A stretch of 64,000 bases of DNA from positions 47,088,644 to 47,152,643 of the forward strand of contig NC_068997.1 in assembly GCF_001194135.2 (NCBI RefSeq), written 5' to 3'. The first letter of the stretch is position 1, and each line of letters starts with the position of its first letter. Under the pieces are notes generated by a model. That model had not been told where the DNA came from. It saw only the letters and a program-made list of their open reading frames with translations, and did no database searches. Shown here piece after piece: positions 1 through 11,748 of the stretch. This DNA comes from Octopus bimaculoides. Its lineage: Eukaryota. The translations under genes and the position numbers were made by a program.

Positions 1-641
1 ATATATATATATATATATATATATATACGGGTGTGAAGACGTGTCTACTGTCTATTGTTGTGTGTGATATTACATTAAGAAAATCATTTCCTTTTAAAGC
101 CAATAATGTGATTACTATTCACATTGGAGATTTCATGACATTTTTTTTCTGATATTATTTTCAGAATATTTTTTTCATTCATAGATAGTTAAGTTGATCC
201 AGAATTTGTTTTCACGACTTGACTAGAATTTACTAGATAAAAATCAACTATATCACATAATTATATATTATTTTGATATCTATATTATATTCGTCGTGTC
301 ATTACATTTTAGCCAAGAAATTTCAAATTTCGTTTCCTGGACGGAATTTCAAGTTTCCTAATCGTAAAAACATTATGTCTCAACTATATAGCATAATAGT
401 GGTTTTACATCTCCATCTGTGCACCGAATCATTTCTCACCTACGTCTGTGCACCGAATCGGCACTGGACCTGAAATGTTATGATTGCATAACAGACTTCT
501 TAACCGTTTGACTATATCAAGTTCATTTACATTCACACTCATAATCTATATAGCAGTCTTTTTCTTACACGAAACCGAATATTAATCTGCAAACGCACAA
601 CTGTGTTATATTTATAAACAAGTAAATACTTTACTCTTCAC

Positions 642-668
642 CTGAATTGAGTTCGCTCGAAACTTGTC
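642..668 (+). ncRNA. Degenerate hammerhead-ribozyme-like motif
   Basis: CTGAATT-GAG-ttcg-CTC-GAAAC-tt-GTC. Stem II hairpin, GAAA and a GUC triplet are present, but the core lacks the GA of CUGANGA and stem I is not evident. Confidence 0.2.
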
Positions 669-688
669 AAGTTATTAAACACGCCGTT

Positions 689-765
689 TACGTACACGCA
701 TACATAAATACGTACAATCATACATAAATACGTACACGCATACATAAATATGTACACGCATACAT
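689..765. repeat. 20-bp minisatellite, about 4 copies
   Basis: Unit TACGTACACGCATACATAAA starts at 689, 709, 729 and 749, with few mismatches. Confidence 0.9.
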
Positions 766-1316
766 TCCACTCGCGTCCGCACATAAACACACACACACAC
801 ACACACACTCGTGTCAAAGTAAAGTTCTTTAAAATTTGGCATAAGATATAAGAAATAAGTTTGGCACGAGATATAAGGCTACAGGATTAAATGAAATCAA
901 AGGAACGAGTCAATAAAGATACTTATTCCGTTTAATCCGTCAAAATTTAAATACATTTCTTAATCGAAAAAAGGAAGATGTTTCTGGCATTAATGAAATT
1001 CTCTCTTGTTGGAATCAAATTAATATGTGATATACTACCGAGTTTATAATTCACACGACCAGGTATCACATTAATGAAGATCAAATAGCTATTTAAGGTG
1101 CAAGAGGGCAACAGTCAATTCGGATCTTTATTTCGAAAGAACCCATTAGTCATATATAATATTGAAAATGTTACTTATTTTTAATTTTCTTCGTATGATT
1201 ATGGAATATTAATTATCTGTGCGCTCGAAAGAAGAAGAAAAATAGAAGAAAGAACTCTGTAACCAGAACGAAAAAAGAAAAAAAAGGAAAGTGAAGAGGT
1301 GAATGAATGACATAGC

Positions 1317-1319
<3 letters not shown>

Positions 1320-1347
<28 letters not shown>

Positions 1348-1905
1348 TGTATGTATGTATGTACGCATCTATGTATGTAAGTTCGTGTGAATGCATGTCT
1401 GATTGTATGTGTCTCTCTGTTTGTCCGTGCGTCGCACTGTCTGCTTGTCTGTGTGTGCGTGTCTGTATGTATCTATATATGTATGTACGTATGTATGAAC
1501 GGATACATGCATGCTTGTATGCATGTACGTTTGTATGTATGCATGTTTGTGTGTCTGTCTACCTGCCTGCTTATCTACCTGTCTGTCTGTATGAGTCAGG
1601 TCGCTCCAAGTGCTACTGGTAACATATGACCTTGAGCAAATCAACGTATGATAAACTTCTGGAAAGTTTTACAGATTTTTACAGCTCCAGTGATGGATTG
1701 GATCTGTAGTCTTTGAATATGCATGTGTGTATGTTTGTATGTATGTATATATGTATATATGAATGTATGTATGTATGTACTTACGTATGTATGTATGCAT
1801 GCATGTACGTACGTACGTATGTATGCATGTATGTATGTCTGTATGTATGTACGTATGTACTTACGTACGTGTGTACTTATGTATGTATGTGTGTATGTAT
1901 GAGGA
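1320..1905. repeat. (TATG)n-rich compound microsatellite region
   Basis: Pure (TATG)n at 1320-1362, with degenerate TATG/TGTA/TGTC runs to about 1905. Confidence 0.9.
1648..1715 (+). repeat. Dispersed repeat fragment (family D)
   Basis: ATGATAAACTTCTGGAAAGTTTTACAGATTTTTACAGCTCCAGTGATGGATTGGATCTGTAGTCTTTGAAT recurs with mismatches at about 46327-46398 and 61739-61808. Confidence 0.7.
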
Positions 1906-3243
1906 GCTGCTATTTAGGAAACTTATGAAGCCTAGATTTTACCTTTTAAACTCCCCCTGTTTGGATTTTTATTCGCATTCATAGCAACACCGGTTGCTAA
2001 CCGACAGCTATAGAAAAAAAGTTTTCAGCTTATCTAACTTCAATATGTGAAAAGGAATCCCTAGAACCTTCGACGCCAATAAATTATTATTGTTCCTGAA
2101 CTTTGTGTTATATATGCACATACACACACACATACGCGCGCGCACATAATTCAATATACACAATTTACAAAAGAGCTACTATTAGTTTCATGCTTTGAGA
2201 TACATTAAATTGGCAGGTTTTTATAACACGCCATGTATCTCTAAGCAATCAATCAAGTTCAGTTCAAGACGTTAGATGTACTTAAAAAAAAAAAACAGTA
2301 TGTTGGTCTATGAGAAAAGTGGAGAAAAGACTAGAAGAAAAAAACGCGATTAAAGTTGATGCACAGACACACAGACAGACAGACAGATATATAGATAGAT
2401 AAATAGTTAGATATATATGTGTGTATATATGTATGTGTGAATATATGTGTGTCTGTGTGTCTGTGTATATATATATATNNNNNNNNNNNNNNNNNNNNNN
2501 NNNNNNNNNNNNNNNNNNNNNNNNNNNNNNNNNNNNNNNNNNNNNNNNNNNNNNNNNNNNNNNNNNNNNNNNNNNNNNNNNNNNNNNNNNNNNNNNNNNN
2601 NNNNNNNNNNNNNNNNNNNNNNNNNNNNNNNNNNNNNNNNNNNNNNNNNNNNNNNNNNNNNNNNNNNNNNNNNNNNNNNNNNNNNNNNNNNNNNNNNNNN
2701 NNNNNNNNNNNNNNNNNNNNNNNNNNNNNNNNNNNNNNNNNNNNNNNNNNNNNNNNNNNNNNNNNNNNNNNNNNNNNNNNNNNNNNNNNNNNNNNNNNNN
2801 NNNNNNNNNNNNNNNNNNNNNNNNNNNNNNNNNNNNNNNNNNNNNNNNNNNNNNNNNTATATATATGTGGCTGAATATATGGGGGGAAACGTTGGGGGTG
2901 GGGGCAACGCTTTTCAACGCCATAACAAAACGGACTAACTTTACGTCAGAGTAATTGAGGATGGCACTGAAGATATAGTAGACATTACTTATTCACAAAC
3001 TTTACTGGAAAATTAATCACATCGTGTGCTTCATCCGAAATGCCTCAATCGATACGCCAATATTTCTTCTGTTCATCAATGACGAGCAATTTAATCTAAA
3101 AATTCAAGTAAGTTGTAGAGAGGTCTGTTTTATTTTTATTTTTATTATTATTCTGTGAGATTCTTAAATGCACCCAGAAATTTCCTCATCTAGTCTTTCA
3201 AATAATTTCTTAGTAATAATCAGTTCTTCTACAGTTTTCACAT

Positions 3244-3415
3244 TACTGTTGCTGCAGTTAGTATTGTTACTCGTTATTGCAGTTGTTGCTGATTTTCAAT
3301 ATTGTTGCAGCTGTCATCGTTGTTGATCTTGTTGTTGTTATTGTTGCTGCTGCTGCTGCTGCTGTTGTTGTTGCGGAGTTCGTTGTTACTGTTCTTCACG
3401 TTGCTCTTTTTTGTT
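3244..3415. repeat. (TGT/TGC)n trinucleotide low-complexity tract
   Basis: Direct reading. It accounts for the poly-L and poly-N/S ORFs. Confidence 0.9.
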
Positions 3416-3417
3416 AT

Positions 3418-3798
3418 TACCTCCGCCTTCGCTAAGGCGGAGGTATTGTTTTCAGTCGTGTTTACTTGTTTCCTTGTTTGTTTGTCAGTGGACAAGATAT
3501 CTCAAGAACCGCTGGATGGATTCGGATGAAACTTTCAGGGATGTGTGACCTCGTGACTGGTACGAATTGAATAGATTTTGGGATCGATCTGGTACCGGAC
3601 AACGATTCTGGATTACTTTTCCTGTTTCTTTTTACTTAATTTTTGAGAGCGGTCGGATTCATTTTTAACATTATCGTTTGTGAGAGTAGTCGAGTTTATT
3701 TCAGATATTCTCATTTTAGAAATCATCTCCGGTTAATCGCTGAGAGGATGTTGGTGTTGCCTTGGCGGAGGTTTGCGCTCTCTGAGTGTTCTTGCTAT
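3418..3798 (+). mobile_element. HINE/DINE-1-like non-autonomous Helentron-type rolling-circle element
   Basis: 5' perfect 12-bp hairpin TACCTCCGCCTT-cgct-AAGGCGGAGGTA (3418-3445), internal (TTGT)n at about 3465-3484, 3' subterminal GGCGGAGGT (3764-3772) complementary to the 5' ACCTCCGCC, then a small 3' hairpin GCGCTC-tct-GAGTGT (3775-3789). T-rich flanks. Confidence 0.7.
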
Positions 3799-3817
3799 TA
3801 ATATTATCATTAGTGTT

Positions 3818-4028
3818 AAGGCAGTGAGCTGGCCGAATCGTTAGGAAGCCAGGCAAAATGCATAACCACATTTCGTTCATCTCTACGTTTTGAGTTCAAA
3901 TTCCGCGGAGTTCGATTTCGGTTTTTTATCCTTCTGAGGTCGACAAAATAAGCACCAGTTAAACACTGGGGTCGATGTAATCGCCTTATCCTCTCCCCCG
4001 AAATCGATGGATATGTGCCAAAATTTGA
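3818..4028 (+). mobile_element. SINE family A (tRNA-like head), near full length
   Basis: A-box-like GAGCTGGCCGAATCGTTAG, B-box-like GAGTTCAAATTCC, body TCCTTCTGAGGTCGACAAAATAAGCACCAGTT, tail GTGCCAAAATTTGA. More than 20 homologous copies or fragments in the window. Confidence 0.85.
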
Positions 4029-4029
4029 T

Positions 4030-4300
4030 GGAGGAAGGAGGTTTAGGAGCGAGTCGACACTTTTGAGAGCACGTATTCTGCACGAAGAACTTAAACGTGC
4101 TGCTCGAAATCGCACTGGTGGTGTAGTGAATGGGAAAAGTTTGGTTTGCAATGTTTGCAGTCGTGTATGCTTGTCAAGAGCAGTGTGCATTAGCCACCAA
4201 CGGAGCCACAAATGCAAAATATAAGTTAGTCCTGGAGCGCACAATATTCCTGAAGGACAGCAATGGTCTTCCTCGGTCACGAGTGGACGGCCATCATCAT
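4030..4300 (+). mobile_element. RTE-clade LINE 3' end (C-terminal C2H2 finger plus 3' UTR)
   Basis: ORF 4015-4224 ends ELKRAARNR...LVCNVCSRVCLSRAVCISHQRSH (CX2C...HX3H as at RTE ORF C-termini). It is followed by a short UTR ending CCTCGGTCACGAGTGGACGGCCATCATCAT, then (AT)n. Confidence 0.75.
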
Positions 4301-4403
4301 ATATATATATATATGTATGTATGTATGTATGTGTACATGAATACGTATGTCTGTGTATGAAAGTTTTTTGGTTTGTCTGTTTATGTGTGTGTGTGTGTAC
4401 GTG

Positions 4404-4472
4404 AAAGAGAGAGGGGGAGAAAGAGAGAGGGAGAGAGGCGGAGAAAGAAAGAAAGAGAGAGTGAGATAGGCG

Positions 4473-4542
<70 letters not shown>

Positions 4543-4578
4543 GGGAGAGAGAGAGAGAGAAATAGGGAGAGAGGGAAA
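4404..4578. repeat. (GA)n microsatellite
   Basis: Direct reading. Confidence 0.95.
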
Positions 4579-5087
4579 GTGTGTTCGTATCCAGAATCTA
4601 CTGACTGGAAAAAAAAACAGACTTCAAGAAAAGTATTCAGTGCCAGATATACACATTTAGTTGACCCCCAAAACGAAAATTAACATTTCATGTTCATATA
4701 AAGATAGCATTGTTTATCAGACAGGTAGCCAGATGGTAAAATACACATCTGCTTCTCAAAAGATGTAACGTTTATTTTGCTAATAGATTTCTAATAAAAG
4801 TAGTGCTTAGCGCCTTATCACTGTGCATCAACATTCGAAGCAGGAGAATATAGCCAGGAGATGGAATTCAAAACCTGGAAGCACTAAACTGTATATTCGT
4901 TCAAACTAATTGATATAGAATCAACGTATTTATTAAGATATGTGTTTATATTGACAGTAAATTGTATATACACACACACAAAGATGTAACTGGTTTCAAA
5001 TTTTAGTACAGGGTCAGCAGGTTTTGCAGGGAGGAGGGAGTTGCTTACACCAAACGCACATATTTAATTAATATATATTCTACTTTA

Positions 5088-5373
5088 AGGTGGCGAGCTG
5101 GCGATTTAATCGACTGGCCCCCGCCCCCAAAATTTTGGGCCTTGTGCCTTGAGTAGAAAAGAATATATATTCTCTTTTAAGGTGGCGAGCTAGCAGAAAC
5201 GTTAGTATGCCGGGCGAAATGCTTAGGTTCTGAGTTTAAATTCCGCCGAGGTTGACTTTGCCTTTCATCCTTTCGGGATCGCTAAATTAAGTACCTGTTG
5301 CGTCCTGTGGTCGATCTAATTGACTGGCCCCCTTCCCCAAAATTTCGGGCCTTGTGCCTAGAGTAGAGCAGAA
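5088..5373 (+). mobile_element. Two head-to-tail SINE A copies (first internally deleted)
   Basis: Copies at 5088-5162 and 5179-5373, both ending GAGTAGA(A/G)(A/C)AGAAT. ATATATATTCT occurs at 5071, 5163 and 5373. Confidence 0.85.
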
Positions 5374-5383
5374 TATATATTCT

Positions 5384-5520
5384 ATCGACCTCGAAAGTAT
5401 GAAAGGCAAGGTCGATCATGATGGAATTTACGCACAGAATGTAATTGCTGATAATGACGGACGAAATGCTGATAAGGGCTCTGTCCGGCGTGTTAACGGC
5501 TCTGCCAGCTCGTCACTTTA
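5384..5520 (-). mobile_element. SINE A 5' half, inverted relative to the preceding copy
   Basis: Reverse complement of the head and body: ...GAAAGGCAAGGTCGA...GACGAAATGC...CTGCCAGCTCGTCACTT. Confidence 0.8.
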
Positions 5521-6262
5521 CGTACACATAAGTACACATTAAATACTAGTACATACATACATACATATACATGCAGACGTGTTTGTATGAGTGTCTGTGT
5601 GTGTAGACACACACACATATGAAAGATTTGTGAAGATGTTGCAATTATAATAAAGGTACATATGTATGTGTATACACACATGTATATATATTATATATTC
5701 TCCATATTTACAGACAGACAGAAACACAGATATATATATATATATATACATACATACATATATATATGTGTATATATATATATATATATTTATATAAATA
5801 TATGCATATTTATGTGTGTGTGTGTGTATATATATATATGTGCGTGTGTATATGCATGTATATATATATATATGTGTGTGTGTGTGCGTGTGTGTATGTG
5901 TGTGTGTATGTATATATATGTTGGCACATGCACATTAATACATATCTCTGCATAAGATATGAATCATCATCTACGCAAAATTTATCTTTCTACATTCTTC
6001 CAATTTTAATGTTTATAATGTCGTGTCCTTTTGCAAATCTACAAGAAGCGATCAGCTGTATTCTTGCTGACTCCTTCTATAATTTTTGATATGCTGCGAT
6101 AAAGCGTCTGCACACTTGCTTTTATCAAAAAGACTATTACGAAAATAAACGTTACTTCTCTGGTGATTAGACGGGCATTTTAATCCGTCTACGTAACGAA
6201 AATATCTCTTGTAAGAACTTCAACTTTTAGCTTAGCTTTCCGTAGATACACGCGCGCACACA

Positions 6263-6305
<43 letters not shown>

Positions 6306-7793
6306 ACATGCACACACACACACGTACACACACACACGCGCGCATACACACATACTGACATTCGCACGCGCATGAATGCTCTCACATACGTACATAGACA
6401 CACAGACACAGACACACACACACACACACACATATATGTATGCAGGTATGTGTATATTATATGTGTGTGTGTGCATGAATAGATATATAGATAAATCTGT
6501 ATGCATAAAGATATATTTATATATTCCTGCATACATACAGGTACATATACACGCACGTATATATANNNNNNNNNNNNNNNNNNNNNNNNNNNNNNNNNNN
6601 NNNNNNNNNNNNNNNNNNNNNNNNNNNNNNNNNNNNNNNNNNNNNNNNNNNNNNNNNNNNNNNNNNNNNNNNNNNNNNNNNNNNNNNNNNNNNNNNNNNN
6701 NNNNNNNNNNNNNNNNNNNNNNNNNNNNNNNNNNNNNNNNNNNNNNNNNNNNNNNNNNNNNNNNNNNNNNNNNNNNNNNNNNNNNNNNNNNNNNNNNNNN
6801 NNNNNNNNNNNNNNNNNNNNNNNNNNNNNNNNNNNNNNNNNNNNNNNNNNNNNNNNNNNNNNNNNNNNNNNNNNNNNNNNNNNNNNNNNNNNNNNNNNNN
6901 NNNNNNNNNNNNNNNNNNNNNNNNNNNNNNNNNNNNNNNNNNNNNNNNNNNNNNNNNNNNNNNNNNNNNNNNNNNNNNNNNNNNNNNNNNNNNNNNNNNN
7001 NNNNNNNNNNNNNNNNNNNNNNNNNNNNNNNNNNNNNNNNNNNNNNNNNNNNNNNNNNNNNNNNNNNNNNNNNNNNNNNNNNNNNNNNNNNNNNNNNNNN
7101 NNNNNNNNNNNNNNNNNNNNNNNNNNNNNNNNNNNNNNNNNNNNNNNNNNNNNNNNNNNNNNNNNNNNNNNNNNNNNNNNNNNNNNNNNNNNNNNNNNNN
7201 NNNNNNNNNNNNNNNNNNNNNNNNNNNNNNNNNNNNNNNNNNNNNNNNNNNNNNNNNNNNNNNNNNNNNNNNNNNNNNNNNNNNNNNNNNNNNNNNNNNN
7301 NNNNNNNNNNNNNNNNNNNNNNNNNNNNNNNNNNNNNNNNNNNNNNNNNNNNNNNNNNNNNNNNNNNNNNNNNNNNNNNNNNNNNNNNNNNNNNNNNNNN
7401 NNNNNNNNNNNNNNNNNNNNNNNNNNNNNNNNNNNNNNNNNNNNNNNNNNNNNNNNNNNNNNNNNNNNNNNNNNNNNNNNNNNNNNNNNNNNNNNNNNNN
7501 NNNNGGTGACTTCGTTGATGGCTGTGTGTCTTTTTTACCCTGAAGAAGGGGTTATCACTAATTTGTGCTCTATTGTGCCCTAAATACGGTGATATACCCC
7601 CGACATGGCCATAGGTGTTTTGTGTTTGTATTCCACCTATACTTGTAATCCACTGTAAATGATGTTTATGGTTTGACTTTACTGATGTTACCTGCGGAAT
7701 GGTGAAATATGGATTTTACTTTGCCACACTTTGGATGTTCTGTTGTTGTTTTGTCCCGTGCGCTTCGGTATTCCTGTTTATGAAATTGGATTT

Positions 7794-8293
7794 GGCAATC
7801 CTCAAAACCTTTTCATCTACACCGAAGACGGAAGGACTAAAAATGTCTACCAAGAAGCGTTACAGGAGTGAATTTCATCAAACATGATAAAAAAAATACA
7901 GTCAAATCTCCAATTCTCCCATGAAGACATCTTCGGAGCTAGCCGCCTCACGACTCCACTGTAAGTACTTCTTTACAAATGCGAACTCATTTCCTCGAAG
8001 TATTTTCTTAACGTCTCCATTTATTACTTCAGCCTCACTTCGCTGCCCCATTGAACACATTGTCGTCGGCTGCAAAAGCTCCGCTCCGTCAACAAAACTC
8101 CCGTCGCCTGCTCTGACCATATTTCCTCCGCCTGCCACACATCTACTCTTCCTGCAACAGCCTGCCGAACCAGATTTAACATATAACATCTTAATTGGTA
8201 ACAACTGGCACGGGGAACGTAGATGATTTCAATACAAGGTCAGAGGTAGGCTTCAACACGGAAAACACGAGGAACGCCGGGTCCAACAGCTAG
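7794..8293 (+). mobile_element. Helitron remnant: helicase C-terminus plus 3' terminus
   Basis: 7794-7871 translates GNPQNLFIYTEDGRTKNVYQEALQE*, matching the (SRV)GxPxNLFIYxxxGxTKNIVYxEAL tail of Helitron Rep/Hel proteins. A GC-rich subterminal CACGAGGAACGCCGGGTC is followed by CTAG|T at 8290-8294. Confidence 0.7.
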
Positions 8294-8862
8294 TATATAT
8301 ATATCTATATATAGATATACGAAATAAAGGATGAAAACATTAAATTTACCGCAAGAGGCAACACTCATTCATTCTTCCTGAGTCTATAAAATAATTTATC
8401 CGTCTAACACTTCGAACATATGGTATCCACTAACCTCGTTCCCGAAAAAATTCTGCCTTTGTAGAGACTAATGTAGAGACTATCAATTATTATTTTTTGT
8501 TTTGTTCTGCAAATAAGTACGTCTCCGTTGCAATAGATAAAAATGCTTTAAAAGTGTAAAATATTTATGAAGGAAGACATTTTAGAAAAGTTTGAAGAAT
8601 GTTTTATTATGACCTCATTTCTCTGTTAAGAAAATTCAAGAAATATAAAGTGAGGTAATTTTCATTGTTTCGTATCTTCCATTTGATAATTTTGCTATAG
8701 TTCTATTATGACGTCATAAATGGGTGCCTTTTCTTATAAATAGAAGGCGTAATTCGGTTTTGTCTTCATACCTTCAATGCTTCAGCAGGCACCAATATCG
8801 GAAATATAGATTCCTTTAGTATTGAGATATTTCACCGATTTTTAAGATAAGAATTTAATTCT

Positions 8863-8866
<4 letters not shown>

Positions 8867-8915
<49 letters not shown>
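8867..8915. repeat. (CA)n microsatellite
   Basis: Direct reading. Confidence 0.95.
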
Positions 8916-8917
<2 letters not shown>

Positions 8918-9669
8918 TATGCACGCAATTTTGTAGTAGCTGGTATCGATCTTGAGAGCTGTCAACACTCAAGCAGTGGTCCTTAGAGTAGGATGAAATA
9001 TAAGTTCCAAAGGAATAGCCTTGCGACGTTTTTTCACCCATTTTCCGTAGTGACTGCCCTAGAAGAAATTAGTTTAGTATTTGCTCAGCCCATTCGTATT
9101 TGAATGCGAGTGAGTCCCCTACTGCTACTCTCGAAGGCCGTTTGTTGTAGTCGATTCATTGTAAGTCAGCCTGCACAGAGTACGGTTGGTTAGTTGGATC
9201 ACAATGTAATCTAGTTACGCTTACTGCCTAGGTAATGAAACCGCAAGAAGAAAAGTTTCCTGAATAGATTTAGTTATATAACATCATTGTATTATATATA
9301 AATATTTGTTCATGTGAACCTGGTTACAAAATCTACCGTTTAAGTTGGACAGGACTTCAATAAGAATTATTCATTTATATTGGAAGTTATTAAAGAGTAA
9401 AATTATGTAGTCGATTTTATGAACCTTCGAGTCTTTAAACATCCTCTACAGCATGCTGGTTGGTGTCATAACATAGTTGCAAGGTGTACGTGCTGTGTCA
9501 GGTAACCGTATTGACTCTTAACCAGGCTCTTTCAATGCAGGAAACCTGGGAGTTCCAACTAGAAAACATTTTCAAAATTTTTAAAAAATAAAATATTTTA
9601 TATTTTAGTATTTTGTGAATTGTTTGTGCTTGTGTGTAGACGTATGAGCATATATCTGTCTGTCTGTAT

Positions 9670-10515
9670 CTGTAGTCCGTGTTTGAAAGCGCATGTGCGT
9701 GTAGTAATGTTTGACCCGAACAATGAATTCGTCGTGCCACGTTTACATCTCCACGTCATATTGCACGAATCAACTCTCAAACTGTTGGAGAGCGACCAAA
9801 AACGTAATCTGAAGCCGCTTTATCAGAAGAATTCGGTGAACTTAAATGACATTTTTGGTCAAATTAGCGACACAGGGTCAAGCGTTGTTGTGTTGAAGAA
9901 GCACGCCGTGTCGCCTGTCGAGTTGCTTCAGCTGGGTTTTCTCGTTGAATCGGTGACGATGCGGTAAAGAAATCTGCTTGTGCCCATTAGTGGGCTGGCA
10001 CCAATAGAAAGGTGCTGGAATTTTTTGTTCAGAGCGTGTGTTATATATGCACCGAAGTTTTGGACCTTACACATCAAATGAAGGCGACAGTATCATAAAA
10101 GTATTCTCCCTGCTGGGCCAATTTCCTCCTAGACGAGTGCTTTCTATCGTTCCTTATCGAACTGTACAGGCCGGTTAGAACGCGAAAAGACTATCAGGTC
10201 GAATTTTCCCTCCTTCAACTGTGCAATTCTATCAGTGACAGCGTCACCTTCGTACACAACACAAATGTCTCGAGCGGCTTTGGCAGATTTAGAACGTTGA
10301 TAAACAGGGAAGAAGAACAGACATCGAAAATAATTTTTCCTTATTAGGCACTCCATCGTCATATGTGTGAAAGGAGGTAACACTTATTCTGAGTATTTGA
10401 AAGACGATCAATAAAAATTGTGGAGGGAGAATATAGCAAAAACAAAATGTTATAATACCAATACTTTTCGAGATAATTCACATAGAAACGAACGAATTTG
10501 GCAACTTGAAATATA
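9670..10515 (-). mobile_element. Decayed, internally deleted mariner transposon
   Basis: Minus-strand pieces in order: MECLIRKNYFRCLFFF...SKSAKAARDICVVYEGDAV...KEGKFDL...RSNRPVQFDKER (HTH region), RFLYRIVTD, DRRHGVLLQHNNA, PNSSDKAASDY (SPDLAPSDY-like), DVEM*TWHDEF. Multiple stops and frameshifts. Confidence 0.85.
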
Positions 10516-10603
10516 TAAATATATATATATATATATATACACACACAAGTGTGTGTATGAGTGGGAGTGGTGGTATTGGTGTGTGCTTATGTATACTTAG
10601 AAA

Positions 10604-10673
10604 GTAAAGACGGATGAATTTCCGCTCCGCATTTTGTCCAGCGTGCTAACGATTCTGCCATCTCGCTGCCATT
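10604..10673 (-). mobile_element. SINE A head fragment
   Basis: GTAAAGACGGATGAA...GCGTGCTAACGATTCTGCCATCTCGCTGCC is the reverse complement of the family A head. Confidence 0.75.
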
Positions 10674-10850
10674 GAATTACTCAATAAGAGTGATATAGGT
10701 TAAGAATAACATATTTAGGTTAAATCAGAGACTAATGTTATCGAAAAGAAAAGCAATCACATTACATCCATTTACTTCTTAATCTTAATTCATAACTATC
10801 GTCTTTATCAAATTTTCTTTACAATTTACCTATAAATTTTAGCTACGAAA

Positions 10851-10970
10851 GTGAAGACGTGGCTATGTGGTAAGAAGTTTGCTTCCAAAACACATGGTTC
10901 CAGGTTCAGTTCCACAACATGGTACCTTGGGCCAAGTGTCGTCTACTCTAGCCTCGTACTGACCATAACA
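10851..10970 (+). mobile_element. SINE family B 5' part
   Basis: GGCTATGTGGTAAGAAGTTTGCTTCC...GGTTCAGTTCCAC...ACCTTGGGCCAAGTGTCGTCTACTCTAGCCTCG, homologous to 56458-56620. Confidence 0.75.
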
Positions 10971-11599
10971 GTATCCAACCATTTCCGACCTGTGGGCTTA
11001 TGTCGATTGACTGCTGTCGCGTTGTGGGACGGGTCGGTTTATCAGCCGAGTCTATCCTCAATATTGTCACACCTCCTACTTTCAAACAGGAAGGAAGAGC
11101 CATTTTCATCGTCCTTGTGGCTATAGCGAAATAATGTGTCTAGTGGACGCGTCTGAAAGGCCTATAGACAAACACTTTCCTCTCTGGTCAATCTCTCATC
11201 AACTTCTTCAAGTATCACTTAAAAAGGAAGGTGAGAGGCAAGTTTTTGTTTAGCGAATGCTTCAATAAAAGATAGGTGAATGTAGCAAGGATGAGCATAA
11301 TCCCATGAACCAGAAAAACAAAGGAAAAAGAGTGAAATGTGTTATTGTGTGACATTATTGCCCGAGGTTACCGTGGTCTTTTCGTAGGTTTTTCTTTCCA
11401 CGGATAAACCTCCCCACTTTTGGGAACTACGTGTTTTCTTTTAATACTATTTCGACTTTTTGTATATCCCAAACGATCTCGATCCCTTTTGATCGTTGTC
11501 CCTATTCTTACTTTTCTATTTTCGTCCCCCTCGAAAAGAAAAACTCTACATTGTATTTGTCCCCTCAGTGTTCAGCCGTGTGTGGTCAATAAAGAAATT

Positions 11600-11633
11600 T
11601 GTCTGTCTGTCTGTGTGTCTGTTTGTCTGTCTG

Positions 11634-11693
<60 letters not shown>

Positions 11694-11707
11694 CTTATCT
11701 ATCTATC

Positions 11708-11748
<41 letters not shown>
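11600..11748. repeat. (GTCT)n-(CTAT)n compound microsatellite
   Basis: Direct reading. Confidence 0.95.

Noticed and set aside
416-459. 15-bp direct repeat TCTGTGCACCGAATC with a 14-bp spacer
   Set aside because: Only two copies in a eukaryotic context. A simple local duplication, not CRISPR-like.
2950-3112. CTAAC..CAG acceptor and GTAAGT donor around the peptide VIEDGTEDIVDITYSQTLLEN
   Set aside because: An in-frame stop lies before the donor and no homology is recognised.
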